From IMG/VR virus record IMGVR_UViG_2941446319_000002, positions 4,485 through 68,484 of that record: DNA of 64,000 nucleotides; one strand, given 5' to 3'. The DNA comes from a virus. Its lineage: Duplodnaviria > Caudoviricetes. Below the pieces are notes generated by a model. The model was given only the letters and a program-made list of their open reading frames with translations, was not told the DNA's origin and ran no database searches. Both the position numbers and the translations under genes were made by a program. Positions 20,540 through 30,600 of this stretch are shown here, in pieces. The stretch's first letter is position 1. Each line of letters starts with the position of its first letter.

Positions 20540-20791
20540 ATGAACCGCGCCTGGATCGCCCCGCTCGGCACTAGCCCGGACGAACCCGGCTGGACCGAGA
20601 TCGGCTACATCGGAAACGACGGACTCATCTTCGAAGACGAGCCTGAGCCGCTCCCGGAATGGCTTACCCCGAGGCGGTACACGATCACGCTGCGCGGCCG
20701 GTTCCCCTGGCGTTTCTACCAGCGGTTCTTCGGGACGCCCGGCCCGCACGCGTCGCGGGTGAAGCGCGAGTACCACCGGCGGCGCCGATGA
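20540..20791 (+). CDS. Small protein resembling a tail-tube N-terminus
   Basis: AWIAPLGT..GWTEIGYIGNDGL. Confidence 0.55.
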   Translation: MNRAWIAPLGTSPDEPGWTEIGYIGNDGLIFEDEPEPLPEWLTPRRYTITLRGRFPWRFYQRFFGTPGPHASRVKREYHRRRR

Positions 20792-21092
20792 GCTGCCTCG
20801 TCTGCCTGGAATGGATCGACTACCCGGCGCTCAAGACAGAGTGCCCCTACTGCTGGCGCCCGATCAGTGAGCTGGAGTGGCGGTCAACCAGGACGAGCCC
20901 GCCGCCCCCGTTGCCCGCTCGTGGCCCGGTCTGCCTCTGGCGTGGAACAGGGCACCGATGAATTTCCTGCGCCGCCTCTTCCACCGCCACCGCTGGGCCG
21001 TCCTCTCCGGCAGCATCGACCGCCTCACCATCACCGCGCACGCCTGCTGGTGCGGCGCCAACAAGCAGATCACCACCAAGGGGGAGTGACCC

Positions 21093-21845
21093 GTGCCGAT
21101 CAACCCGGATGCCTGCCCAGGCCCGTGCAACCACCGCGCCCGCCAAGCCTGGAACACCTACGACACCGCCCAAACCCAGCACACCGCCGACATGGCCGCA
21201 TGGCTCGACATCCCCGGCGACGACCGGCCCGCACGCCCCGCCCCGCCCCAGCCGCCCACCACCCCCGTCACCCCCGGAGCCCCCGTCTGGGATCACCGGT
21301 GCGCTCGCGTCATCCGCGAAGCCCTCGCCGAACTCGACGACACCGCCGCCATCCTCGCCGCCAGCATCGACGGCCACCGCGGCGCCGCCATGGCCGGCCC
21401 CAACGGGGTGAAGCCGGTAGACCACAAGACGATCGTCGAATCGCTGGACGAGCTGTTCGGCGACCTGGTGGAGGTGGAGGATCAGTGGCGGCAGGCGCGC
21501 GGCTACCGGCCCAGGCCGCGCAGGGCTCGGGGCGCGCACGCTCGGGCTGCCTGCGTGAGCTGGCTGCTCGACCAGTTGGACGACCTGCTGCTGCACCCGG
21601 GCTCGGTGGAGTTCGGCCTGTCGGTGCTGCGCTGGCAGCGCAGGTTGCGGGCGATGGCGAAGGTGGATCCGGCGTCGCGCCGGTCGCCGATCGCGTGTCC
21701 GCGCTGCCGGGAGCGGCAGGTTTCGCGGCGGGAGGATGGCTACTTCGAGTGTGTGTGCGGGAGGCTGTTGACGCAGGGGGAGCATGACCGGGAGTACGCC
21801 CGGCAGGCGGACGAGCACGAGCAGCAGGAGGCGCGAGCGTCATGA
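21093..21845 (+). CDS. Hypothetical protein with C-terminal Zn ribbon (possible late regulator)
   Basis: SD ggggag; CPRC..ECVCG. Confidence 0.7.
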   Translation: MPINPDACPGPCNHRARQAWNTYDTAQTQHTADMAAWLDIPGDDRPARPAPPQPPTTPVTPGAPVWDHRCARVIREALAELDDTAAILAASIDGHRGAAMAGPNGVKPVDHKTIVESLDELFGDLVEVEDQWRQARGYRPRPRRARGAHARAACVSWLLDQLDDLLLHPGSVEFGLSVLRWQRRLRAMAKVDPASRRSPIACPRCRERQVSRREDGYFECVCGRLLTQGEHDREYARQADEHEQQEARAS

Positions 21846-23151
21846 ACAAGCAAACCGCCAACATGATCAGAGCATGGAAGCCCCCGCCGCCCTGCGACCG
21901 GGTCGGCTGCGGAGCACTCCACCCGCCCGGCGTCTACCACGGCCCCGCCACCCTGGAGAAGGACTTCGGCAACCTGACGGTCATTGCGCTCGTCTGCGAG
22001 GACGACGACGGCTGGACCGCCGAAGCGCAGATCATCCAGACCTGGACCGGGCCGTGGAGCGGCGACGCCGTGCTCCGCTTCCCGGACGGCTCAACCTCGC
22101 AGGTGTTCATCGAGGAGACGCGGTTCGCGGCGGGCAGCTACGCCGAGTTCAGGTGTCGCGGGTTGGGCGGCCCTCCGGACGTGCTCGATGCTCGCGCTGG
22201 GTCGGAAGGCACCTCGTGAGCAGCCCCCCGGCGGCCCCGTTCCATCAGCGCACCGAACTCGAACGTGCGAAACGCGGCTGGTCGAAACAAGAACTCGCCC
22301 GCCATGCAGGCATCGGCCGCGTCACCTACGACCGGCTCGCCGTCAACACGGTGCCGCCCATCGCCCGCACCGTCCACAAACTGTGCGCCGTGCTCGACAT
22401 CGACTTGGCCGAAGGGCTCCGCCTCGCAGGACTCGCCACCGAGCCGCTCGGGGACGAGCCGCCGCAGTGGGCGCGCGACCTGCAAGAGACAGCAGCCAGC
22501 CTGCAACACAACATCACCCGGGCCGGCCACATCCTGGCCGCGCAGGGGGCGATGGGGTGGGCGTACCGTGGCGACCTCGACCAGTTGCAGCACGCGCTGG
22601 CCGCGATGGGGGCGGAGCAGCTGCGGGAGCTGTCCGCCGCCGCCACCCTGCTGGCCAGCGTCGCCGACGAGGAGATGAGCAGCAGATGAGGAACTCGATC
22701 ACCGTGGGAGACCACGAGGTCAAGGTCGACCAGGGCGAGTACGAGGACTTCAACGACCAGGGCGAGCCGATCATCCGGGCGACCGGACACAGCACCTGGT
22801 GGTGCACGTGCGGGGAGAAAGGCGCAGGCCCGAACGCGGAGACGACGCGGGAGATCCTGGACCACCTCGGCCTCGACGAGAACGGGGAGCAGCGTGGGTG
22901 ACGACTGGCTGACCGACCTCAAATTCTGGTGCCAGACCAACGCCGCCCAGCGCATGGTTGTCTGCAATGTCGAAGACGCCGAACGGATACAGGCCGCCGC
23001 CGTCGAAGCAGGCATCGGCGACCTCATCACCTTGACGCCCTTCTACGTGCCGCCACCCGGCTGCGCATTCGTGGTGGGCATCGGCGACACCATCGACACC
23101 ACGATCCCGGAAGAGTTCTTTCAAGCGCTCGGCGTGGACAAATACGTCTGA
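21842..23151 (+). CDS. Four coupled genes: 21842-22219, XRE HTH 22216-22689, 22686-22901, 22894-23151
   Basis: RGWSKQELARHAGIGRVTYDRL HTH; coupled starts. Confidence 0.65.
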
Positions 23152-23277
23152 TCCCGACAGTCACGGAATGGTCCAGCTTGCCCACCCGCCGCAGGCTGTG
23201 TAACACTTCCGCCAGCAGCAACACGTATGCCCTCACGCCCCGCGCGCGAGGGCATCACCTTTTTCCGGGGGTGAACC

Positions 23278-23523
23278 ATCGACCCCGTCACAGCCCAAAC
23301 CGCCGCCGCCCAACTCCGCCGCCAGCCGGTCACCATCAGGCAGTGGGCGCGCCGCTACCAGGCCCGACAGCTCGGCACCGTAGACCGCAAAGTGTTCTAC
23401 GACTACAACGACCTGGCCACCATCGACGGGTGCATGCGGCGCGGCGAGCCCATCCCGCTCACCGCCGACGAGCGTGACCAGCTGCGCGCCAGCCTCCGCA
23501 CCCGCTGGCAGGACGCCGCCTGA
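23278..23523 (+). CDS. MerR-like HTH protein with non-canonical ATC start (absent from ORF track)
   Basis: GGGGGTGA-acc-ATC; IDPVTAQTAAAQLRRQPVTIRQWARRY..YDYNDL; TGATG coupled to next gene. Confidence 0.6.
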   Translation: MDPVTAQTAAAQLRRQPVTIRQWARRYQARQLGTVDRKVFYDYNDLATIDGCMRRGEPIPLTADERDQLRASLRTRWQDAA

Positions 23524-24026
23524 TGACCGCCGAGCAGTACCTCACCCCCGAGGAAGCCGCATTCAAATCGAACGCGTTCCCCCGGTACGTCAAGAACTCC
23601 GGCACCGCGTTCGTCGTCACCGGCCTCGCCTACTCCGAAACCACCGAGATCGCGTTCTGGAAGTTCAGCCCAGCCGGGTACACCGGCGGCAACATCACCT
23701 GCGACGTCGTCTGGTACGCCGACACCTCCGTCACCGCCGCGCACGGCGTCGCCTGGCAGGTGGCCCTGGCCGCGATCACGCCGTCCGTCGATACGCAGAA
23801 TGTGGAGACCAAGGCGTTCGCCACCTCGCAGACCGGCACGACCGACCTTGGTTCGACCGACGCTCAGAAGCTGATGGTCACCACGATCGTCATCACCAAC
23901 CTCGACAGCATCGCTGCGGGCGACGAGGCGTGGCTGAGCCTGACCCGGCTGCCTGGGAACGCAGCCGATGACCTGACCGGCGACGCGATCGTCACCAGCG
24001 TGCGCCTCTCCTACAGCGACACGTAG
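23523..24026 (+). CDS. Putative virion protein A1 (paralog of 26211-26714)
   Basis: 167 aa; AFP..KN.GT, AAITP, ETKA.AT, GNAAD.L.GDA, LSYSDT shared. Confidence 0.8.
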   Translation: MTAEQYLTPEEAAFKSNAFPRYVKNSGTAFVVTGLAYSETTEIAFWKFSPAGYTGGNITCDVVWYADTSVTAAHGVAWQVALAAITPSVDTQNVETKAFATSQTGTTDLGSTDAQKLMVTTIVITNLDSIAAGDEAWLSLTRLPGNAADDLTGDAIVTSVRLSYSDT

Positions 24027-24035
24027 GGGGCTGGC

Positions 24036-25202
24036 GTGGCTGTCCGCTTCGACGCCGACACCGAGGAATACACGCGCGCCCTGTCCCTCGGCGTGGTCAC
24101 CCAGTTCGCCGTCGCCTGCTGGGTGAAGATCAGCGTCGACCGGAACAACATCTCGACCGTCTGGTGCGTCGACAACGGCGGCGGCGACTACATCCGGCTC
24201 GCCACCACCGTCAACGGCACCACTCTGCAGATCGCCGACGACCTCGGCAACCACACCCTCGCCAGTGCAGGCGTGAACACCTGGCAGTACGTGGGCTTCT
24301 CCATGAACGGCGCGGACGCGACCGCAGTCATGCAGGCGGCGACCGCGTCGACCCCGTCCTCGTTCGCCTGGGCCAGCGGATCGCCATCGCAGAACCTGGC
24401 CACCCTCGAAATCGGCGACGGCGTTTTCGACACCCAGTTTCTGAACGGGTGCGTCGCCGCGTTCAAACTGTGGGTCGGCGTCACGCTGACTCAGGCCGAG
24501 CTTGAGGCCGAGGCGTGGCAATACCTGCCGCAGCGGACGGGCGGCCTGGCCGCCTGGTATCCGTTCCTGCGTGGCGAGGCGACTGACTACAGCGGCAACG
24601 GGCGAACGTTGTCGGGCGGCACCGGCACCACGGCTGAGGACGGGCCGCCGATCCGCTGGAGCGTCGGACGGCGCCGCATCATCCGGTTCACGGGAGCCGC
24701 CCTGGGCGAGGTTGCAGCCACGCTGCCTGCTCTCACTGGCTCGGCGTCCGGCGCCGTAGTGGTGGCCGGCCAGCAGTCCGCCGTCCTCCCGTCGCTGACC
24801 GCCGCTCTGGACGCCACCGCCACCGTCGAGGGCCAGGCGCCCGCCGTACTGCCCGCGCTCGCCGCTGGCTTGGCCGGCGAGGTGGGTGCGCCCGGCCTGG
24901 TCGACGCCCGCCTGCCCGCCCTCACCGGCCAGCTCGACGGGCTGCTCACCGGCGGGTTCCTCACCGCCCAACTACCCGCCCTCACCGGCAGAGTCGACGG
25001 TGAGCTCGCCGTCCACGGCGCCGCGCCAGCCGTACTCCCGGCGCTCACCGGCAGCCTGGCCGGCGAGGCCGAGATCCCGCACAACAACCTCGACGTCACC
25101 GCAGGCGCGCCGTACCGGGGCTGGACATCCCGCCCCCTCGCCGCCGCCTGGACCGCAGGCACGCCGTACCGAGGCTGGCAGGCCCGACAGCCCACGACCT
25201 GA
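24036..25202 (+). CDS. LamG/ConA-like domain plus 6 LPxL repeats (B1)
   Basis: FAVACWVK, LNGCVAAFKLW..TLTQAE, DYSGNGRTL; about 21-aa repeats. Confidence 0.8.
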   Translation: MAVRFDADTEEYTRALSLGVVTQFAVACWVKISVDRNNISTVWCVDNGGGDYIRLATTVNGTTLQIADDLGNHTLASAGVNTWQYVGFSMNGADATAVMQAATASTPSSFAWASGSPSQNLATLEIGDGVFDTQFLNGCVAAFKLWVGVTLTQAELEAEAWQYLPQRTGGLAAWYPFLRGEATDYSGNGRTLSGGTGTTAEDGPPIRWSVGRRRIIRFTGAALGEVAATLPALTGSASGAVVVAGQQSAVLPSLTAALDATATVEGQAPAVLPALAAGLAGEVGAPGLVDARLPALTGQLDGLLTGGFLTAQLPALTGRVDGELAVHGAAPAVLPALTGSLAGEAEIPHNNLDVTAGAPYRGWTSRPLAAAWTAGTPYRGWQARQPTT

Positions 25203-25213
25203 GGGGAGGTACG

Positions 25214-25507
25214 GTGGCCGTCGCACAGATCCCCGCCATCAGCGTCGAATATGTCAAGGTCGCCATCACCGGCCCCACCGGGGTTGACCTCACCGAGCTG
25301 GACGTTGCGCTGGCGATCGTCGCCGACGGCCAGATCCCCGTCACGGACGACTGGAAGGTCGGCACGTGGATCGGGACGAGCGCGGCCGTGCTGATCGGCC
25401 CCGGCACCCTGCTGCCGCTCGACCAGGGCACGTACTACGTCTACGTCAAGATCACCTCCACGCCGGAGGTCCCTGTCCTGCCGTCCGGCAGCATCCACAT
25501 CACCTGA
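25214..25507 (+). CDS. Small beta-rich virion protein C1 (paralog of 28749-29033)
   Basis: AIV.D...P...D....W....A..LIG.G...PLD.G.Y.V pattern shared. Confidence 0.75.
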   Translation: MAVAQIPAISVEYVKVAITGPTGVDLTELDVALAIVADGQIPVTDDWKVGTWIGTSAAVLIGPGTLLPLDQGTYYVYVKITSTPEVPVLPSGSIHIT

Positions 25508-25519
25508 AAGGGAGCCGAG

Positions 25520-25951
25520 ATGGCCATCCGGATCAACACCGCCGCGCGCAACGCGGCAGCCGACGCCGTCGTAGGCGTGTTCAGCGGCGGGACCGGCGCG
25601 CCCGTGCTCCGCATCTACACCGGCACCCAGCCCGCCACCCCCGCCACCGCGCCATCCGGCACGCTGCTGGCCGAATTCACGCTGTCCGACCCGGCGTTCG
25701 CCGCCGCATCCAGCGGATCCGCCACCCTGGATGTCACCCCCGCCCTCACCGACGACGGCCTGGCCGCCGGCGACGCTGGATGGTTCAGGATTTGTGACTC
25801 GACCGAGGCGGCCGCGACCGGCCTGGGCGTGCTCGACGGCTCCGTCACCGCGACCGGCGGCGGTGGGGACCTCACCCTGAACACCGTAACGATCTCGGTC
25901 GGGGTCAGCGTCGAGATCACCTCCGGCTCGATCACGATGCCCGCAGCCTGA
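25520..25951 (+). CDS. Beta-rich structural protein D (fibre subunit-like)
   Basis: RNAAADAV, LRIYTGTQP, GTLLAEFTL, AGWFRI, LDGSVTATGGGGDLTL. Confidence 0.75.
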   Translation: MAIRINTAARNAAADAVVGVFSGGTGAPVLRIYTGTQPATPATAPSGTLLAEFTLSDPAFAAASSGSATLDVTPALTDDGLAAGDAGWFRICDSTEAAATGLGVLDGSVTATGGGGDLTLNTVTISVGVSVEITSGSITMPAA

Positions 25952-26211
25952 TGGCTCTCACCGCCCTAAATCGGGCGCGGGTGCTCAACCATTGGATGCG
26001 CACCAACAGCGCCCAGCTGCCTGCCGTCACCAAGCCGGACCTGGCCGCAGCGGTGGCGGCGATGGACGACTGGCTTGACGCCAACGTCGCCTCGCTGAAC
26101 GCGGCGATGCCGCAGCCCGCGCGGGCCGAGCTCGGTGTCGCGATGAAGCTGGAGATCCTCGCCTTCATCCTGATGCGGCGCGCGAACCGGCTACCGGCCG
26201 AGGAGGACTGA
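25951..26211 (+). CDS. Small helical protein E
   Basis: TGATG coupled both sides; TKPDLAAAVAAMDDWLD. Confidence 0.7.
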   Translation: MALTALNRARVLNHWMRTNSAQLPAVTKPDLAAAVAAMDDWLDANVASLNAAMPQPARAELGVAMKLEILAFILMRRANRLPAEED

Positions 26212-26714
26212 TGGCGACGGTCCCGCGCGAGCTGCACCCGGACGAAGCAAAGTACGGGTCGGCCGCGTTTCCGCAGCTGCTCAAGAACAACGGCACCAAC
26301 GGCCCGGTGTCGTGGCTGGCCTACGACGCGGCGTCGACGGAGACCGCCTACTGGGAGCTGACCGCCTTCTCCTACGGGTCGGGCAGCCTCACCCTCGACA
26401 TCGTGTGGGGTGCAGCCACGGCCACGTCCGGCGTGGTGCGGTGGGAGGCAGCCATCGCCGCCATCACCCCGGAATCGGACTCACAAGACCCGGAGACGAA
26501 GGCGTACGCGACCGCCTCCACCGTCGATGACACCCACCTGGGAACCACCGCACACCGGCTGATGCGCGCCACCATCACGATCTCCAACCTCGACGGGTTG
26601 GCCGCCAACGACGAGATGTGGCTGCGGATCGCCCGGGTGGGTGGGAACGCCGCCGACACCCTCGCCGGGGACGCCTGGCTGCACCGGGCGATCCTGTCCT
26701 ACTCCGACACCTGA
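26211..26714 (+). CDS. Putative virion protein A2
   Basis: 167-aa paralog of A1. Confidence 0.8.
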   Translation: MATVPRELHPDEAKYGSAAFPQLLKNNGTNGPVSWLAYDAASTETAYWELTAFSYGSGSLTLDIVWGAATATSGVVRWEAAIAAITPESDSQDPETKAYATASTVDDTHLGTTAHRLMRATITISNLDGLAANDEMWLRIARVGGNAADTLAGDAWLHRAILSYSDT

Positions 26715-26727
26715 TCGGAGGCGTGGC

Positions 26728-28749
26728 ATGGCGGTCCGCTTCTCCGCCGACGGCCAGGCCTACACGCGGGCCGCGGCGCTCGGCACGGTCACCGCGTTCA
26801 CGGTGTGCTGCTGGCTCAAGCTGTCCACGGATCGCAACACCTCGGTGGCCGTGTGGGGCCTGGACAACGGCTCGTCGGATTTCTGGCAGCTCACGACCGA
26901 CAGCAACGGCACGAGCATGTGGCAGGGCGACGACGCCGGGCCGCGCTCGACCAGCGTCGCGTTGACGCTCAACACCTGGTACTTCTTCGGAATCTCCGTC
27001 AACGGCGCGGCTGGCACACGCATCTACCGCTCCGCCGCCAGCCCCACCTTCACGGCTGGCACCTGGACCGGCGGCTCCCCGAGCACCAACGGAGCCAACT
27101 TCCGCATCGGCGCGAACAGCTTCGCGGGCGAGTGGCTCAACGGCTGCGTCGCCGCCGTCAAATTCTGGACCGGCGCCACGCTCACCCAGGCCGAGATGGA
27201 AGCGGAGTCGCAGGCGTACGCGCCCGTCCGCACCAACGGGCTGGCCGCCTGGTATCCGCTGCTCAGCCCCGAGACGACCGACTACAGCGGCAACGCCCGA
27301 ACCCTGACCGGCGGAACCGGCGCGACCGTCGAGGACGGCCCGCCCATCTCCTGGAATTCGCGCCGCCGGCACCTGTGGATCCCGCCCAGCGCCCTGCCCG
27401 TCACCGGTAGCCTCACCGCCCCCCTGCCTTCCCTCACCGGCAGCGCCGCCGCGAGCGTCACCGTCGAAGGCGCGGCCGCCGCCGGCCTCCCAGCGCTCGA
27501 CGCAACGGCGTCAGCCCTCGCAACCGTCGTCGGCAGCAGCGCAGCCGAGCTTCCCGCACTCCAGGCGTCAGCCACCGGTACGGCCCAGGCCGCCGCAGTT
27601 CTCGCCGCGCTCCTGCGGTCCCTCGATGCCAGCGCCGCGGGTAACCTCGCCTCGCCCGCCGTCCTGGCCGCAGAGCTTCCCGCCCTCACCGCCGCCCTCA
27701 CCGGCACTGCCGCCGCCGACGCCGAGCTGCCCGCCACCCTGCCCGCACTCACCGCCACCGTCGAGGGTACGGTCGCCGACACTCCGTCCGCCGTCACCGA
27801 CCTGACGCTGCCAGCCCTCACCGCCAGCCTGGCCGGCACCCTCACCGCCGACGCGGTTCTCACCGCGGCGCTGCCCACGCTCGGCGCGGCCGCTGCCGGG
27901 CACGCCACCGCAACCGCCCAGCTTGACACGACCCTCCCCGCGCTCACCGGCGGCCTGGCCGGAGAAGCCGGCACCGACGGCCAAGTCACTGTTGCACTGC
28001 CGCCGCTCGCCTCGACCATCACCGGCCAGGCTCAAGCCGACGCCAGCATTGACGCCGCACTGCCCACCCTCACCAGCACGCTCGCCGGGACGATCGACAC
28101 CGGCGACACCCTGCTCGCCGCAGTCCTACCAGCCCTCGACAGCAGCCTCGCCGGACAGGCCGCCATCACCGGCAGCCTCACCGGACCGCTGCCCGCCCTC
28201 ACCGCAGACGTGGCAGCCGCAGCTGCCAGCGATGCCGCGTTCGCCGCTGATCTTCCGTCGCTCACTGCCGCCGCTGCCGGGCAGGTGACCGCCGAAGCCA
28301 AGCTGGCCGCCACCCTGCCGCCGCTGACCGCCGTCCTTGAAGCGGAAACCCACGGCGACGGCGCGCTCACCGTCCTCCTCCCCGCGCTGTCCGGCCAGAT
28401 GGAGGGCGCCGCCCGCATCGCGGGCACCGTCGAGGCCGGCCTGCCAGCGCTCGCCACCGCCGTCGGCGGGGCGCTCACCACGCGCGGGCCGCTCACCGCC
28501 CCGCTGCCGCCGCTCACAGCCCTACTGCAGGGCGGCCCCATCCTGCCCGTCGGCCCGCTCGACGCACGCCTGCCCGCCCTCGTCGGCGCGCTGGCCGGAA
28601 CATCGGCCGCTGTTGACCTGCCCGACGTTTTCAACCGTCCCGGCCCGCCGCATTTCAGCTGGCCCGCCGGGAGTCCGAGCCTGACCGGCTCTGCCGGAAC
28701 ACCGTCGCTGACCTGGTCTGCCGGTCCGCCGCGCCTGAAGGGGGAGTAG
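26728..28749 (+). CDS. LamG/ConA-like domain plus about 19 LPxL repeats (B2)
   Basis: MAVRF start with SD ggagg; paralog of B1 with a much longer repeat tract. Confidence 0.8.
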   Translation: MAVRFSADGQAYTRAAALGTVTAFTVCCWLKLSTDRNTSVAVWGLDNGSSDFWQLTTDSNGTSMWQGDDAGPRSTSVALTLNTWYFFGISVNGAAGTRIYRSAASPTFTAGTWTGGSPSTNGANFRIGANSFAGEWLNGCVAAVKFWTGATLTQAEMEAESQAYAPVRTNGLAAWYPLLSPETTDYSGNARTLTGGTGATVEDGPPISWNSRRRHLWIPPSALPVTGSLTAPLPSLTGSAAASVTVEGAAAAGLPALDATASALATVVGSSAAELPALQASATGTAQAAAVLAALLRSLDASAAGNLASPAVLAAELPALTAALTGTAAADAELPATLPALTATVEGTVADTPSAVTDLTLPALTASLAGTLTADAVLTAALPTLGAAAAGHATATAQLDTTLPALTGGLAGEAGTDGQVTVALPPLASTITGQAQADASIDAALPTLTSTLAGTIDTGDTLLAAVLPALDSSLAGQAAITGSLTGPLPALTADVAAAAASDAAFAADLPSLTAAAAGQVTAEAKLAATLPPLTAVLEAETHGDGALTVLLPALSGQMEGAARIAGTVEAGLPALATAVGGALTTRGPLTAPLPPLTALLQGGPILPVGPLDARLPALVGALAGTSAAVDLPDVFNRPGPPHFSWPAGSPSLTGSAGTPSLTWSAGPPRLKGE

Positions 28750-29033
28750 TGGCCTACATGCCTGTCTCCTCTAAGGAGGAGTTGCGTGTCCCGCACAACG
28801 CGGACGCCATCGTCTACCCCGTCGAAATCGCGATCGTCCTCGACGACGCGGGCGAGCCGGCCGACTCCGACTACCACGCCGCCTCCTGGGATGGTCGGGA
28901 CGCCGTCCTGCTGATCGGGGCTGGCAGCGACATCCCGCTCGACGCCGGCGAGTACGCGGTGTGGACCCGGCTGGATGCTGGCCTGCAGCGGCCGGTCCGC
29001 CGGTCAGGGACGTTGACGGTGGGCACGCCGTGA
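28749..29033 (+). CDS. Small beta-rich virion protein C2
   Basis: Paralog of C1; coupled to terminase. Confidence 0.75.
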   Translation: MAYMPVSSKEELRVPHNADAIVYPVEIAIVLDDAGEPADSDYHAASWDGRDAVLLIGAGSDIPLDAGEYAVWTRLDAGLQRPVRRSGTLTVGTP

Positions 29034-30583
29034 CCGCGACGCTGTCGCCCTGGGAGGCCGCCGCTCGGCACTTTCAGGTGAAGCCCCGTAAGTGGGCCAG
29101 CCCAGGGGCGATGGCGGCCGCGCTCGACCCGGGCAGCCACCGGCAGACAGCGATGCTCGACCTGATCGACCGCGAGATCGTCGAGCTGTTCGACGGCGAC
29201 CAGCATGACCGGCTCATGGTGTTCTGCCCCCCTCAGGAGGGCAAGAGCCAGAAGATCAGCCGCCGCACCCCGGCCTGGCTGCTCTCCCACGACCCCACGC
29301 TGCGCATCGCCATCGTCAGCTACGCGGCGAACAAGGCCGAACGGTGGGGCCGGCAGATCCGCCGCGACATCCTCACCCACCCCGAACTCGACATCACCCT
29401 CCGCCAGGACTCCCGCGCGGCCGGCCGGTGGGAGACCGAGGAGGGCGGACAGCTCGTGTGCGTCGGCATCGCGGGCGGCATCACCGGTGAGCCCGTCGAC
29501 GTGCTCATCGTGGACGACCCGGTCGAGGGCCGGGCCGAGGCTGAGTCGGCCACGTACCGGAACGCGGCCTGGGACTGGTGGGAGTCCAACGGATCCACCC
29601 GCCTCTCGTCGCGGGCACGCGTGGTGCTGATGATGACCCGCTGGCACGAAGACGACCTTGCCGGCCGGATGGAGATCCGCGAGCCGGGCGACTGGCGGAT
29701 CGTCCGCGTGCCCGCCATCGCAGGCCCCCGAGACCCGCTCGGCCGCCGACCGGGCGAGGAGCTCGCCTCCGTTCAAAAGCGCAAACCGGGCTACTTCCGG
29801 AAACTGGAGAAGACCCGGTCGGCGTACGTGTGGAACAGCATCTACCAGCAGGCGCCGACTGCGGCCGAGGGCAATCTATTCAAGCGGGCTGACTTCCGGT
29901 ACTGGCGGGAGATGCCCGCCGATCTGGGGCGGCACGGCGTCATGGGTGGCCGCCGGATGGACCTCGGCGGCCGTGCGGTGATGCTGGACGACTGCTGGCG
30001 GTTCATGACCGTCGACCTCGCCGCGTCGAAGCGCACCTCGGCCGACTTCACGGTGGCCGCCGTGTGGGCCATCAGCTTGGACGGCGACCTGATCCTCCTC
30101 GACCGGGCCCGCGCCCGCGTTGAAGAGGCCGGCCACTGGGACCTGGTGCGTCCGCTGCGCGAGCGGTGGTCGGTCGACAGTGTGTTCGTGGAGCGCGGCT
30201 TCATCGGCACCACGCTGGTGATCGACGCGACGCAGTCGGGGATCCCGGTGCAGCCGCTGGACGCGGACACGGACAAGCTGACGCGGGCGCTCCCGGCGAC
30301 GAACCGGGTGAAGCAGCACAGGGTGTGGTTCCCGGCCGGGGTGGAGTGGCTGGACGAGTGGTGCGACGAGCTCGCGTCGTTCCCCAGCGCCGCGCATGAC
30401 GACCAGGTGGACACGCTCTCGTACGCGGCCCGGGTCGTCAGTGCGCACTGGCTGCCGATGGAGTCCGCTGACCAGGCGCACGCCCGTCGCGCGGCGCCGC
30501 CGTTGGATGACGTGATCGGGCAGGCGTACGCGGCGGCGACCGGCGGCAGCAATGGCCTCGACCTGATGAACCTCAACTATTGA
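29030..30583 (+). CDS. Terminase large subunit
   Basis: CPPQEGKS, GGITG, LIVDDP, MTRWHEDDLAG, YQQAP, TVDLA, FPSAAHDDQVD. Confidence 0.95.
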   Translation: MTATLSPWEAAARHFQVKPRKWASPGAMAAALDPGSHRQTAMLDLIDREIVELFDGDQHDRLMVFCPPQEGKSQKISRRTPAWLLSHDPTLRIAIVSYAANKAERWGRQIRRDILTHPELDITLRQDSRAAGRWETEEGGQLVCVGIAGGITGEPVDVLIVDDPVEGRAEAESATYRNAAWDWWESNGSTRLSSRARVVLMMTRWHEDDLAGRMEIREPGDWRIVRVPAIAGPRDPLGRRPGEELASVQKRKPGYFRKLEKTRSAYVWNSIYQQAPTAAEGNLFKRADFRYWREMPADLGRHGVMGGRRMDLGGRAVMLDDCWRFMTVDLAASKRTSADFTVAAVWAISLDGDLILLDRARARVEEAGHWDLVRPLRERWSVDSVFVERGFIGTTLVIDATQSGIPVQPLDADTDKLTRALPATNRVKQHRVWFPAGVEWLDEWCDELASFPSAAHDDQVDTLSYAARVVSAHWLPMESADQAHARRAAPPLDDVIGQAYAAATGGSNGLDLMNLNY

Positions 30584-30600
30584 GCGGGGTGAACACCGTC

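Noticed and set aside
23178-23207. Sigma70-type late promoter TTGCCC-17-TAACAC
   Set aside because: Position is plausible but the -10 match is weak, so not called
23523-29033. Diversity-generating retroelement or invertible tail-fibre switch
   Set aside because: No reverse transcriptase or invertase, no near-identical template repeat; paralogs are co-oriented and diverged
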